Of a stretch of 32,000 bases of DNA, positions 1-8,943 are shown one piece after another (position 1 is the first letter of the stretch; each line of letters opens with the position of its first letter). Origin of the DNA: Tenacibaculum phage PTm1; sequence record AP019524.1; one strand, written 5' to 3'. Position numbers and translations under genes: made by a program. The notes under the pieces were generated by a model. It saw only the letters and a program-made list of their open reading frames with translations, had not been told where the DNA came from and ran no database searches.

Positions 1-22
1 ACTAAAGTTAAGTAATAAACTT

Positions 23-292
23 TTGGTTACTTATGTTGACACTTCTGTTAGTGGTGCATTTGATAAGTTTCCACTAGAGCAAGCTAAAACATTTTTCACA
101 GGACGTAGAAAAATTGAACCTACTTTACTAAAGGAAGTTAGAAAACACCGAAAGGAACTTAGAAGAAAGCGTAAAAATCAATACGAAATTGCACCTAATG
201 GTATGAAAGTTATTAAGGAAGTTCACTCAGATAAATATACATCAGATGTCTTAAACATTCCTGATTATATGTTCTACGAATACAGAAGATAA
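23..292 (+). CDS. hypothetical protein; may start upstream of the window
   Basis: Open frame from the ORF track with a basic Lys/Arg-rich centre; start at 23 is a non-ATG codon. Confidence 0.5.
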   Translation: MVTYVDTSVSGAFDKFPLEQAKTFFTGRRKIEPTLLKEVRKHRKELRRKRKNQYEIAPNGMKVIKEVHSDKYTSDVLNIPDYMFYEYRR

Positions 293-293
293 T

Positions 294-614
294 ATGAAAT
301 TAAACGCAAAACACTTAAAGAAAATGTACTTAGATGAAAATGGTCTAAGTACATTCAACAAACATAATAACAACCTTTATACTAAATTTCTAGAGGAACG
401 GTTATGTGAATTAATGAACCAATCACACAAAGATTATATTAAGGATAAAATTAAAGTGTGGTTATCTGATGAGTATAGTGATGAAGAAATTGAAACTTTT
501 TTAACCACTTCAAAAATATATACCATATCACCTACTATTGTAAGAATAAATTATGATAATGGACTTTTTGATGTAATTGAAATTAAACGCAAATATAAAA
601 ATAGAACACTATAA
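294..614 (+). CDS. hypothetical protein
   Basis: 106-aa ORF closely packed behind the previous ORF. Confidence 0.65.
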   Translation: MKLNAKHLKKMYLDENGLSTFNKHNNNLYTKFLEERLCELMNQSHKDYIKDKIKVWLSDEYSDEEIETFLTTSKIYTISPTIVRINYDNGLFDVIEIKRKYKNRTL

Positions 615-623
615 TCCTAAGAC

Positions 624-1163
624 ATGATTAATAAAAAACAAGCACAGTATTACCTAGATAATTGTAAAACACACTCACTTATACAAAAAGTGTGTAGAAT
701 ACAGGGTAATTATATACCAGCAGAGGAAGCAAAGGATAATAAGACCTGTAGATATAAAATACAAAGACAAATTTCATTTATACAGGATGGTGTTAGTCGT
801 AAACTTATGGTAGTTAACGAAAACTCTTTGTTATTTTGGAAAAGGTATCTTAACACATTATATACACTAAAAAATTGTGGTTTATTAGTTGATGATATAA
901 TGAAGATGTTTATGAATGATAGATTCCTAAGCTACAAATCAAGTATTAGTGACATTACGAACTTTCATACAATAAAACTAACTTCATATAAAAATGAAAT
1001 TGAATCTTATAAACTAAATAAGGTTGATTCAGATACATTTAATTTGTTTGTTGTGTTTTATGATGGTGTATCAATAAACATAACACTAAACAATGCTGAA
1101 TCTGTTAATGCTTGTTTTAAATCAAAACAAGAAATAGTAATTCATAAATTCAATAACAAATGA
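624..1163 (+). CDS. hypothetical protein
   Basis: 179-aa ORF overlapping the next start by 4 nt (ATGA). Confidence 0.7.
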   Translation: MINKKQAQYYLDNCKTHSLIQKVCRIQGNYIPAEEAKDNKTCRYKIQRQISFIQDGVSRKLMVVNENSLLFWKRYLNTLYTLKNCGLLVDDIMKMFMNDRFLSYKSSISDITNFHTIKLTSYKNEIESYKLNKVDSDTFNLFVVFYDGVSINITLNNAESVNACFKSKQEIVIHKFNNK

Positions 1164-2140
1164 TGAAAGGTTATTCAGAAACTCAATTAAATAGATACTT
1201 AAAGGACTCACCTATATTAAACTATGATGCAACAACACCTGTTGATATACTTCAATACTATATAACAAATGTTAGAGCAATTAACGCTGTACAACAATCT
1301 AATTCGTTTGTATTAGCTAACCATGATTTTGTTTTAGATTCTGTTGAATTTTTTGATACACACGCCATAGCCAAGATATCTAATGGTTCTATGACATATA
1401 CTTCAATTTATATTAAAGCTGACCATAGAGGTAAAGGTGTGTATACTGATGTAGTTAAATCATTATCATGGGAGGATTCTAAAATACTAACAACTAAATC
1501 GTGTAAGTTAGATGTTGATAGATTAGAAAGTAAATTAGGTGTTTCTTTTGTTATAGCAAACTCAGCATTGGATGATATTTCTGACAGTCCATATATTAAA
1601 ATCATAATGGAAGCGTATGGTGACAAAAGAACAAAGAGAACAAACGTTCCTTATATGAACCATATCTTTGAGGGTATGCAAGTAATTAATCACTTCAAAA
1701 ATAAGTATACATTTTATGAATTAAAAACCGCATTATTTGCATACATACTTCATCCAATATTCCAAGCATTCGACAACAACCACAAACAAGTAGTTGATAA
1801 GTATATAAATTTCTTAAAGAGTGATGTGATATTTAACTCAGTATCATATGGACATGAAGCGAACAGTTATCTAAGATACCATTATCAAGATGGCAAGGAT
1901 TTAACTTTTAATAAGTATGAAAACCCTATTGTTGGTTTAGCATTAATTGCAGATAAGATTCAAAATTTCAAAGACCTTGAATTGTGGTATGGTAATTCAA
2001 CACATGAACACTATGATGACCTAGAAGCATATTTTAATGTGTGGTTACAAAACTTAGGTATTAGTGAATATGACTATAAAAAATTACGAAATAATTTAAT
2101 AAAACCAACTAGCTATATCATAACAAATCTTTTTGATTAG
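1160..2140 (+). CDS. hypothetical protein; possible GNAT-like segment (YIKADHRGKGVYTDVVKSL)
   Basis: 326-aa ORF; the domain hint is weak and based only on the RGKG-type motif. Confidence 0.7.
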   Translation: MMKGYSETQLNRYLKDSPILNYDATTPVDILQYYITNVRAINAVQQSNSFVLANHDFVLDSVEFFDTHAIAKISNGSMTYTSIYIKADHRGKGVYTDVVKSLSWEDSKILTTKSCKLDVDRLESKLGVSFVIANSALDDISDSPYIKIIMEAYGDKRTKRTNVPYMNHIFEGMQVINHFKNKYTFYELKTALFAYILHPIFQAFDNNHKQVVDKYINFLKSDVIFNSVSYGHEANSYLRYHYQDGKDLTFNKYENPIVGLALIADKIQNFKDLELWYGNSTHEHYDDLEAYFNVWLQNLGISEYDYKKLRNNLIKPTSYIITNLFD

Positions 2141-2141
2141 T

Positions 2142-2165
2142 AAAGCACCCTTTGGGTGCTTTTTG
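2142..2165 (+). terminator. rho-independent terminator
   Basis: AAAGCACCC-ttt-GGGTGCTTT hairpin followed by a T run, directly after the stop at 2140. Confidence 0.85.
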
Positions 2166-2312
2166 TTATATAATGATATTTAAGAGACTTTATACAACAA
2201 TCTATATCAATATACCAAACATATAACAAAAGTCTCTTAAATTACACACCACATTCCAAATTAAGGGTGTTCATACATAGATAAAAGGTAATACTATATA
2301 AATATTTGAACT

Positions 2313-3832
2313 ATGCCATTAATTACTAAAATAAATAACTATGATGGAACATTTGTACCATCTACACCATTATCTGATAGTGCTACTATCAACAGTACAT
2401 ATATAAAACGCTCACAACAAGAAGAGATATTAGTTAAGAGTACTAATCCAATTTACACATATACTGAGGATACTTATGAAGCACGTTTATATTCAAATGA
2501 AATGAGTATAGTAACTGATATAATTAAGGTTACACATTCAGCAGGTGCTACATACACTTTTGTACATGACACATCAGATAGTGTAAGAACTTCATATTTA
2601 TTAACAGTAACATCAGAGAGTGGTAAAACAGTTACCAAACGTAGGATAGTTCCTATTAATATTGGTTCTGTTAGTCCAACACTTACAATCAATACAATAA
2701 CTGATGGTAATTTTTATACATCAAAGCCTAGATATTTTTCCGAGCAAAATGTAACAGTTAGTAGAAATACGTTAAAGGTTGGTGTTATTGAAGTAACAAC
2801 ATTCAATAATGCTAGTCAATATTTCAATTTAACTATAAAAACATCAAATGCTAGTTCAACACTTACATATATTGCTAAAACAACATCAGAACCTAATAGT
2901 TTAAATACACACGGTACTACATTAACAGCTTTTAATACGACTGAGGATGCTGTATTAGATGATAATTTCGTATATGCTAAAGTTGTTGCTGGTAGTGATA
3001 TAATCTATTTTAAATTAGTTCAGAGTGGTACAGTATCCAGTACAACCACATTAGATTCATTAAAAAAGTTAATGAGCAATAAATGGTTTTATGTTTATAA
3101 TAACAGAACTGCTGTTAAAGTTAGTGATTTAACAGGCGCACAAGTTGTTGAAGCTGAATCTAAGACAGATGCAGATTTAAGAACATGGTTAAGCGGATTA
3201 ACAAAAACATATCACGATGTATCAACACACTTGGTTACATTAAGGGATTTAACTGCTACACAGAACCAACAAACATTTATTGACTTAAAGGCATACAATG
3301 ACTCTAATATACAATCTTTCACACAATCTGATGTTAAGGATATGGGTGCAAGTATTGCAGGTGAATTATATACAATATTTAATGCATTAGATACGGCAAC
3401 CAAGGCTGGATTTAAACACACATTAAATTGGTTTCAATATATTAGAGATAGAAAATATGACCATATTGTATCACCAAACGTAACAGTTAGTGAGCGTAAT
3501 AGGGTATTATCACAAGCTAAGTCGGACTTCCAAAAGGAGTTTTCACACGCATCTGTATTATACAAGTACGTTAATGATAGATATCTTGAACACTTTATAA
3601 GAAAATTTAAGTATATTAAGGGATTAATAGATGGTAACAATTGGTTTATGAAACATCTGTTGATAAAGTTAACATTATTATTCAGGCATTAGAGAGCGTT
3701 AAAGCTAAGTCCATTGATGGTGCATCATTCAACGCATTTGTGGAACCATTGGTTTATGAATTTGCCAATCAATTAGAATTTATGAAAACCAAAGATAATA
3801 CCATACAAAGAATTGTATGGGTTAATACATAA
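2313..3832 (+). CDS. probable phage structural protein, frame-broken near 3641
   Basis: ORF 2313..3692 (beta-rich, Thr/Ser-rich) continues in another frame as 3641..3832. Adding one T to TGGTTTATG gives IDGNNWFYETSVDKVNIIIQALESV. Confidence 0.6.
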
Positions 3833-3843
3833 AATATAATACT

Positions 3844-4191
3844 ATGGTAGAATTTTTACAAAGGGTGGATGTTTGGAAAGTTTTTATGGTGATTACCATG
3901 ATACTTTCTTTATATACACTATTTAAAAAGAACAGGGGTGAGACTAACATTATGGCATTGATAAAGGCTATACACTCGCCAAAAAACACACAAGCATCTT
4001 GGGTTAGATGGGCATCAAGTATGGTAATTTTACTTACATTTTCACTTGCATTCTATCAACAACACTCAAATGGTAGCGTACAAGAAACCTTGGTAATATC
4101 TTTAATAGGATTAGCACTTGGTAGTAAGGTTGCTCAAAAAGCTATTGAAACAAGAAATAAAAATAAAGAAAACGAAGACGAAATAGAATAA
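3844..4191 (+). CDS. small membrane protein with two likely transmembrane segments
   Basis: Hydrophobic segments VFMVITMILSLYTLF and MVILLTFSLAFY with a charged C-terminus. A holin-like role is only a possibility. Confidence 0.6.
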   Translation: MVEFLQRVDVWKVFMVITMILSLYTLFKKNRGETNIMALIKAIHSPKNTQASWVRWASSMVILLTFSLAFYQQHSNGSVQETLVISLIGLALGSKVAQKAIETRNKNKENEDEIE

Positions 4192-4212
4192 AACTTATAT
4201 ATTTGCACACTT

Positions 4213-6054
4213 ATGAAATTATTTGAAACAATAAACGAATCATTCGAACATAACGAACAACAAATGGTTTTCGAAAACAACGCTGAGTTTGTTTTCGAAA
4301 AACTTGTAACACTTGGCAATAAAGCATATCCTAAATTTGGTAATGTTGTTATTATGGCTGGTGGAGCAGGTTGTTATCCAAAAGGTACTGAGTTTTTCGA
4401 TGGTAAAGGATGGAAACCAATTGACCAATATGAAACAGGTGACAAGGTGTTACAATATAATATGGATGGTACAACTGAATTAGTACAACCTTTAGATTAT
4501 ATTAACTTACCTGTTGATAAATTCACTAGAATAAAAAACCGAAGAGTTGATTTTGTTACATCAGAAACACACAAACATCTTGTTATTAACGATAAAACCA
4601 AGAAGTTAGAAACTAAATTAACTAGTGAACTTAGAAATAAACACGAAAACTTATCTAGAGGTAACAAGGTTAAATTAGTAACTTCATTCAAATATGGAGG
4701 TGATGGTATTAATTTAAGTAATGATGAAATAATGCTTAAAGTTGCTATTTTTGCTGATGATCATTTTCTACCAAGAGTTGGTGAACCTAAGTGTAGAGTA
4801 TCATTAAAAAAGACTAGAAAAATAAAAAGGTTTGAGGATTTATTAAAAAGCAACAACATTGAGTATAAAAAATATGAAGAAAATGGATTCCAGCGATTTG
4901 AGTTTACTTATAATTCAAATGAAAAGGAATTTGAGTCATATTGGTATAATGCATCAAATGACCAATTAAAGGTTATATGTGATGAAGTGTTATTGTGGGA
5001 TGGTAGTACAGTTAATAGAGATAACAGAAAATCTAGATTATCATATTGTACAACATCTAAAAAATCAATGGACTTCATACAATTTGCTTTTGCATCATGT
5101 GGAATTGATACTAAAATAGGTACTGATGTAAGAGTTGACAGAAAACCATGTTATGAATTAACAATTAACTATACTAAAGGTGTTGGTATTTCAAAAAATC
5201 CTAGGGTAGAAAATACAACATCAATGGAAATTGTTGATATGGGTGATAGGATGTATTGTTTTACAGTTCCTAGTGGATTTTTTGTTGTTAGACAAAGTAA
5301 CAAAATATATGTAAGTGGTAATAGTGGAAAAGGATTCATTATCAGTAACTTACTTGGTATGGAGGGTAAAACTTTTGATGTTGATGCATTAAAGGCATTA
5401 AGTTTAAAATCAACTAAGATTGCTGACAAGGTTAAGCGAGAGTTTGGTGTTGATTTAAAGAACATGAATTTGAGAACTGCCAAGGATGTTGGAACATTAC
5501 ATGACATTATTGGTGGTGCTTTAAAGTTACCTAAGAAAGCACAACAAGCAACATACGCTAGTATTTTAACAGCAAATCCTGAAAGAAAACCAAATTTATT
5601 ATTTGATGTAACCTTAAAGGATATTTCTAAATTATCATCAATTACTCGTGATGTACAGCAATTAGGTTATGATAAAAAGAATATACATATTGTATGGGTT
5701 GTTAATGATATTGAGGTGGCTATTGACCAAAATAAAAAGAGGTCACGAGTTGTACCACAGGATATTTTACTAGCTACACATAGAGGTGTTGCATTAACCA
5801 TGAATGATATTGCAACAAACGCACTTGATTTAGGTGAGTATATGGATGGTGATATTTGGTTTGTGTTTAATAAGCGTGGTGTTGATTCTACTCTACAATT
5901 TTCTAAGAAAGGTGGTATGAGTGTTAAGGATGCAGAAACAGTTAAAATTAAGGCTAGTGGTAAGAAAATTGACCAATCTAAATTAACTAAAGATGTTATA
6001 AATAAAATTGTATCATATGTACCAAAAGTTAATAGTTGGAAACACGAAGAATAA
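4213..6054 (+). CDS. P-loop kinase / zeta-toxin-like protein precursor containing an intein
   Basis: Excising the intein gives VVIMAGGAGSGKGFIISNLLGMEGKTFDVD, an intact Walker A motif (GxxGSGKG) followed by a kinase-like segment; extein is about 296 aa. Confidence 0.75.
   Translation: MKLFETINESFEHNEQQMVFENNAEFVFEKLVTLGNKAYPKFGNVVIMAGGAGCYPKGTEFFDGKGWKPIDQYETGDKVLQYNMDGTTELVQPLDYINLPVDKFTRIKNRRVDFVTSETHKHLVINDKTKKLETKLTSELRNKHENLSRGNKVKLVTSFKYGGDGINLSNDEIMLKVAIFADDHFLPRVGEPKCRVSLKKTRKIKRFEDLLKSNNIEYKKYEENGFQRFEFTYNSNEKEFESYWYNASNDQLKVICDEVLLWDGSTVNRDNRKSRLSYCTTSKKSMDFIQFAFASCGIDTKIGTDVRVDRKPCYELTINYTKGVGISKNPRVENTTSMEIVDMGDRMYCFTVPSGFFVVRQSNKIYVSGNSGKGFIISNLLGMEGKTFDVDALKALSLKSTKIADKVKREFGVDLKNMNLRTAKDVGTLHDIIGGALKLPKKAQQATYASILTANPERKPNLLFDVTLKDISKLSSITRDVQQLGYDKKNIHIVWVVNDIEVAIDQNKKRSRVVPQDILLATHRGVALTMNDIATNALDLGEYMDGDIWFVFNKRGVDSTLQFSKKGGMSVKDAETVKIKASGKKIDQSKLTKDVINKIVSYVPKVNSWKHEE
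4372..5322 (+). mobile_element. intein (317 aa) with a LAGLIDADG/DOD-type endonuclease-like domain
   Basis: N-terminal splice block CYPKGTEFFDGKGWKPIDQYETGDKVLQYN, block B-like TSETHKHLV, C-terminal MYCFTVPSGFFVVRQSNKIYVSGN followed by Ser+1. Middle region (MLKVAIFADDHFL, LKKTRKIKRFEDLLKSNNIEYK, DEVLLWDGS, CTTSKKSMDFIQFAFASCG) resembles phage intein homing endonuclease domains. Confidence 0.93.
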
Positions 6055-6061
6055 AAACAAC

Positions 6062-6110
6062 AAATTACTAGGCAAATAAAAATAATTGTTTTATATTTGT
6101 CTAGTAATTT
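6062..6110. promoter_or_regulatory. 17-nt inverted repeat enclosing a TATATTTG promoter-like element
   Basis: AAATTACTAGGCAAATA (6062-6078) versus TATTTGTCTAGTAATTT (6094-6110), complementary except one G-T pair; TATATTTG at 6092-6099, upstream of ATG 6124. Confidence 0.6.
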
Positions 6111-6123
6111 TAGAAAATAAAAC

Positions 6124-6864
6124 ATGAAAGAATTAATAAAACATATTCAAGAATCTTTTGATAATACAGATAATGAAGTTGTAATTGACAATTCATTTGT
6201 TTCTGAATCAGTAGAACAAATGAATGAGGGTGCTAATGACCCATTATCAGATATTTCTAAATTACATACATTAGAACCAATTAAGATTAGACGTGCCTTA
6301 GTAAAATTACTAAAAATGTTTTACGAAAAACAAGGTTGGGATAAATCTAGTCCAAAGGCATATAATGATATTGATGTTGTTAGTATCAAAGGTTATCCTA
6401 AACACATTTTAAGAAATGAGTTTAGAAATAATAAAAAAGCTGTTGAGTTATTTTCACCAATGTTAAAAGCTAGTGATAAACTTTATGATTTTAATACCGA
6501 GTATATCAAAGTACATAATGCTTTATTTGCTGAGTATAGTAAAATTGGTAAGGCTGAAATATTAAATGCTGTTGAAGATACAAACATTCAATCAATTTTA
6601 AGAAATCAATTAGATGATGAGGGTGATGCTGTTTCAGTATTTGTGTTCCTCTCAGAATCTGATTTTGCTGAGGTTGGTTTTAGAATGTATTCTGAAAAAG
6701 AAATCATAAAGGCACTAAAGCCACTAAAAAAGATTCTTAATGATTATGAGATTAAATCTGTTCGTGATGGTTTCGCACTTAGTGGTAGCTTAAAATCATT
6801 TGATAAGGCTACAAAGAAATTAAGAGCCGATTGGGTTAAGAAAGTAATTAAAAGTGGTAAGTAA
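6124..6864 (+). CDS. hypothetical protein, possible virion-associated protein
   Basis: 246-aa ORF whose N-terminus MKELIKHIQESF resembles that of the upstream kinase (MKLFETINESF). Confidence 0.7.
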   Translation: MKELIKHIQESFDNTDNEVVIDNSFVSESVEQMNEGANDPLSDISKLHTLEPIKIRRALVKLLKMFYEKQGWDKSSPKAYNDIDVVSIKGYPKHILRNEFRNNKKAVELFSPMLKASDKLYDFNTEYIKVHNALFAEYSKIGKAEILNAVEDTNIQSILRNQLDDEGDAVSVFVFLSESDFAEVGFRMYSEKEIIKALKPLKKILNDYEIKSVRDGFALSGSLKSFDKATKKLRADWVKKVIKSGK

Positions 6865-6865
6865 T

Positions 6866-7129
6866 ATGGAAAAACAATTTAAAGCACTTGTAACGTCTGT
6901 AAAGAAGTCTAAACAAGTTAAATTTGTCGAACACTCTATTTATGATAAGGATGCTATGCTTATCATAACCGATAGGAAGAGTGTTAAAGTTGGGAAGATT
7001 GCTAAAGATACTATAAAAGATTTTGATTTAACAATTGAAGTTGTTAATGATGATATAACAAGAGTTATCTTTAATGAAAGAAAATCTGCTGATGCATTTA
7101 ATGATGTATCTGAGGCAGTAATTGAATAA
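6866..7129 (+). CDS. hypothetical protein
   Basis: The ORF track starts at GTG 6854; ATG at 6866 (MEKQFKALVTSVKKSK) is the more likely start. Confidence 0.65.
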   Translation: MEKQFKALVTSVKKSKQVKFVEHSIYDKDAMLIITDRKSVKVGKIAKDTIKDFDLTIEVVNDDITRVIFNERKSADAFNDVSEAVIE

Positions 7130-7155
7130 AGTTGGCGCATTTGCGCCAACTTTTT
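7128..7155 (+). terminator. rho-independent terminator
   Basis: AAAGTTGGCGCA / TGCGCCAACTTT hairpin with T run, overlapping the stop codon ending at 7129. Confidence 0.9.
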
Positions 7156-7168
7156 GTTGTTTTATAAT

Positions 7169-7219
7169 ATTACACAATTACGGAATATTTACACATTATT
7201 ACACAATTACGAAATATTT
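7169..7219. repeat. two copies of a 22-nt direct repeat, period 29 nt
   Basis: ATTACACAATTACGGAATATTT (7169-7190) and ATTACACAATTACGAAATATTT (7198-7219), one mismatch. Confidence 0.8.
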
Positions 7220-7222
7220 TTA

Positions 7223-7230
7223 TATATTTG
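7223..7230 (+). promoter_or_regulatory. Bacteroidota-type -7 element
   Basis: TATATTTG ending 4 nt before ATG 7235, matching the TAnnTTTG consensus. Confidence 0.55.
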
Positions 7231-7234
7231 TATA

Positions 7235-7396
7235 ATGAAAGTAGAACAAACGAAATGTCCGAACTTATGTTTTAATGGAAGTGTTAAACACTTCACGGAA
7301 GATAGAGCATTATTCACAATGGATAATTGTAAGTTTTGTAAAGGTACTGGTACAGTTCCAAAAGATGAATATGAATCAATTAATAAAAGTATATAG
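7235..7396 (+). CDS. small Cys-rich putative zinc-binding protein
   Basis: MKVEQTKCPNLCFNGSVKHFTEDRALFTMDNCKFCKGTGTV contains CxxxC and CxxC motifs; ATG at 7235. Confidence 0.6.
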   Translation: MKVEQTKCPNLCFNGSVKHFTEDRALFTMDNCKFCKGTGTVPKDEYESINKSI

Positions 7397-7621
7397 ATGA
7401 GAAAATTTAAAAGTATTAAGGACTTTAGTAAGTACTTAAAAGAACATAAGCCAAAGGAAATTTATTGTGAGTGTTTTTCTGATGAATATCCATATATCAT
7501 AATATCAAAATACACACACAAAAGGTTAAGTGGTATTTATAATAAACAAGGTGTTATATTGGTGGCTGATTTTAGTGACCTTAGTTGGTTATTTAAAGAA
7601 ACTTTATATGTTATTGAATAA
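7397..7621 (+). CDS. hypothetical protein
   Basis: 74-aa ORF starting immediately after the previous stop. Confidence 0.6.
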   Translation: MRKFKSIKDFSKYLKEHKPKEIYCECFSDEYPYIIISKYTHKRLSGIYNKQGVILVADFSDLSWLFKETLYVIE

Positions 7622-7679
7622 TTATTTTGTTATTTAGAATATTATTTGTATATTGCACATGTATTAACAAACAAAGATT

Positions 7680-8072
7680 ATGAAAAGAGTTCAAATATCA
7701 AATCATTTATTAGATAGACTTAAAGAAAGACTTAACGAATTTTCTGAAATTGATATTCAGAATAAATTAAGAAACCAATTTTTTAAGAACATCAAACTAG
7801 TATCAAACCATCATTTCGAGAATTATATTGATTATGCTGTTAAATTAGGTGAATTTGAACCAAACAAAAACTCTAAATATTATTATGAGATTGATGGTAG
7901 AGATTATTATCGACTTAATGATTTCTTCGGTAAAGATTCTACAGGTAATGAGATTTGGGTTATTGTAAGAAGAAACAGATTAATTACTGTAATGTTAAGA
8001 AAAACAATACAACCATACAGTAAGATGCGTTGTGATAAAATAATAAGAAATGTTAATGAATTAATATTCTAA
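7680..8072 (+). CDS. hypothetical protein
   Basis: 130-aa ORF. Confidence 0.65.
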   Translation: MKRVQISNHLLDRLKERLNEFSEIDIQNKLRNQFFKNIKLVSNHHFENYIDYAVKLGEFEPNKNSKYYYEIDGRDYYRLNDFFGKDSTGNEIWVIVRRNRLITVMLRKTIQPYSKMRCDKIIRNVNELIF

Positions 8073-8076
8073 GATA

Positions 8077-8496
8077 ATGAAAAATTTAAAAAACATAGAT
8101 TCAAGAAAATTAGTATCAAGCACACTATTTGATGTTAAAGATGGTGATACATTCCACACAAAGAGCATGAGAATTACAGGTTTTGGTACTACGTGGAAAG
8201 TTATTAAAGTAACACCTAAATTAATGGAATTACCAAGAATTAATTATTACAAGAACCCAAAGAACAAAACCTATACTGATAGGAATCCTAAAGTTAGGTG
8301 TAATAATTGTAACAGACCAATTAAACAAAATGTAATTGACCGTAAGCAAATAACACCATGGTTTTGTTATCATTGTTACTTACGTTTAGTAAAGGGATAT
8401 TTAAATATCACAATTACACGTAAGAAAAACGGATTAACAAAAACCATTCATTTACCAACAAAGATTGAATTAAATAAAAAGAAATTTAGACGATGA
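8077..8496 (+). CDS. zinc-ribbon-containing hypothetical protein
   Basis: 139-aa ORF with CNNCNRP...WFCYHC (two CxxC pairs). Confidence 0.65.
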   Translation: MKNLKNIDSRKLVSSTLFDVKDGDTFHTKSMRITGFGTTWKVIKVTPKLMELPRINYYKNPKNKTYTDRNPKVRCNNCNRPIKQNVIDRKQITPWFCYHCYLRLVKGYLNITITRKKNGLTKTIHLPTKIELNKKKFRR

Positions 8497-8753
8497 TATA
8501 TTTTATTTTAGTATTAACAATTTTAAATAGTATTTTAGTATTAACAATTTTAAATATTATTGATATATTACTTAGAAAATATTTTAGTTTATTTTATATT
8601 TCAAAATATAAATCTAACAGAAATAAGGTATTATTGGGATTTCATGTAATGTATAAAATTACAAAACATTCAAGTAAGTCTATTCTCTATATTCCAATAA
8701 GAAATAAAGAAAAGATAGAAATTTCAGAGAATTTAGAACGCTTAAAAAAATGA
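8493..8753 (+). CDS. small membrane protein
   Basis: Hydrophobic N-terminus MIYFILVLTILNSILVLTILNIIDILL; overlaps the previous stop. Confidence 0.5.
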   Translation: MIYFILVLTILNSILVLTILNIIDILLRKYFSLFYISKYKSNRNKVLLGFHVMYKITKHSSKSILYIPIRNKEKIEISENLERLKK

Positions 8754-8787
8754 CAAAACAAATCAGGTATATAATATAAATGCCCAA

Positions 8788-8910
8788 ATGTCATGGTTAA
8801 AAACCAAGGAGAAACTTGATGAATATAGAAACATATATCGTGAAGTAAATACAAAAGCGGTTGATGAGGCATACAAACGGTATTTAGATAGATTATATGA
8901 TGTAAATTAA
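8788..8910 (+). CDS. small protein (40 aa)
   Basis: ATG...TAA encoding MSWLKTKEKLDEYRNIYREVNTKAVDEAYKRYLDRLYDVN, too short for the supplied track. Confidence 0.4.
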   Translation: MSWLKTKEKLDEYRNIYREVNTKAVDEAYKRYLDRLYDVN

Positions 8911-8943
8911 TACGTCATACATAGATTATAAAAATCTTAATAA

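Noticed and set aside
5667-6125. 152-aa minus-strand ORF with hydrophobic start.
   Set aside because: Antisense to the kinase extein; hydrophobicity is expected from complementing Lys/Asn-rich AT-rich codons.
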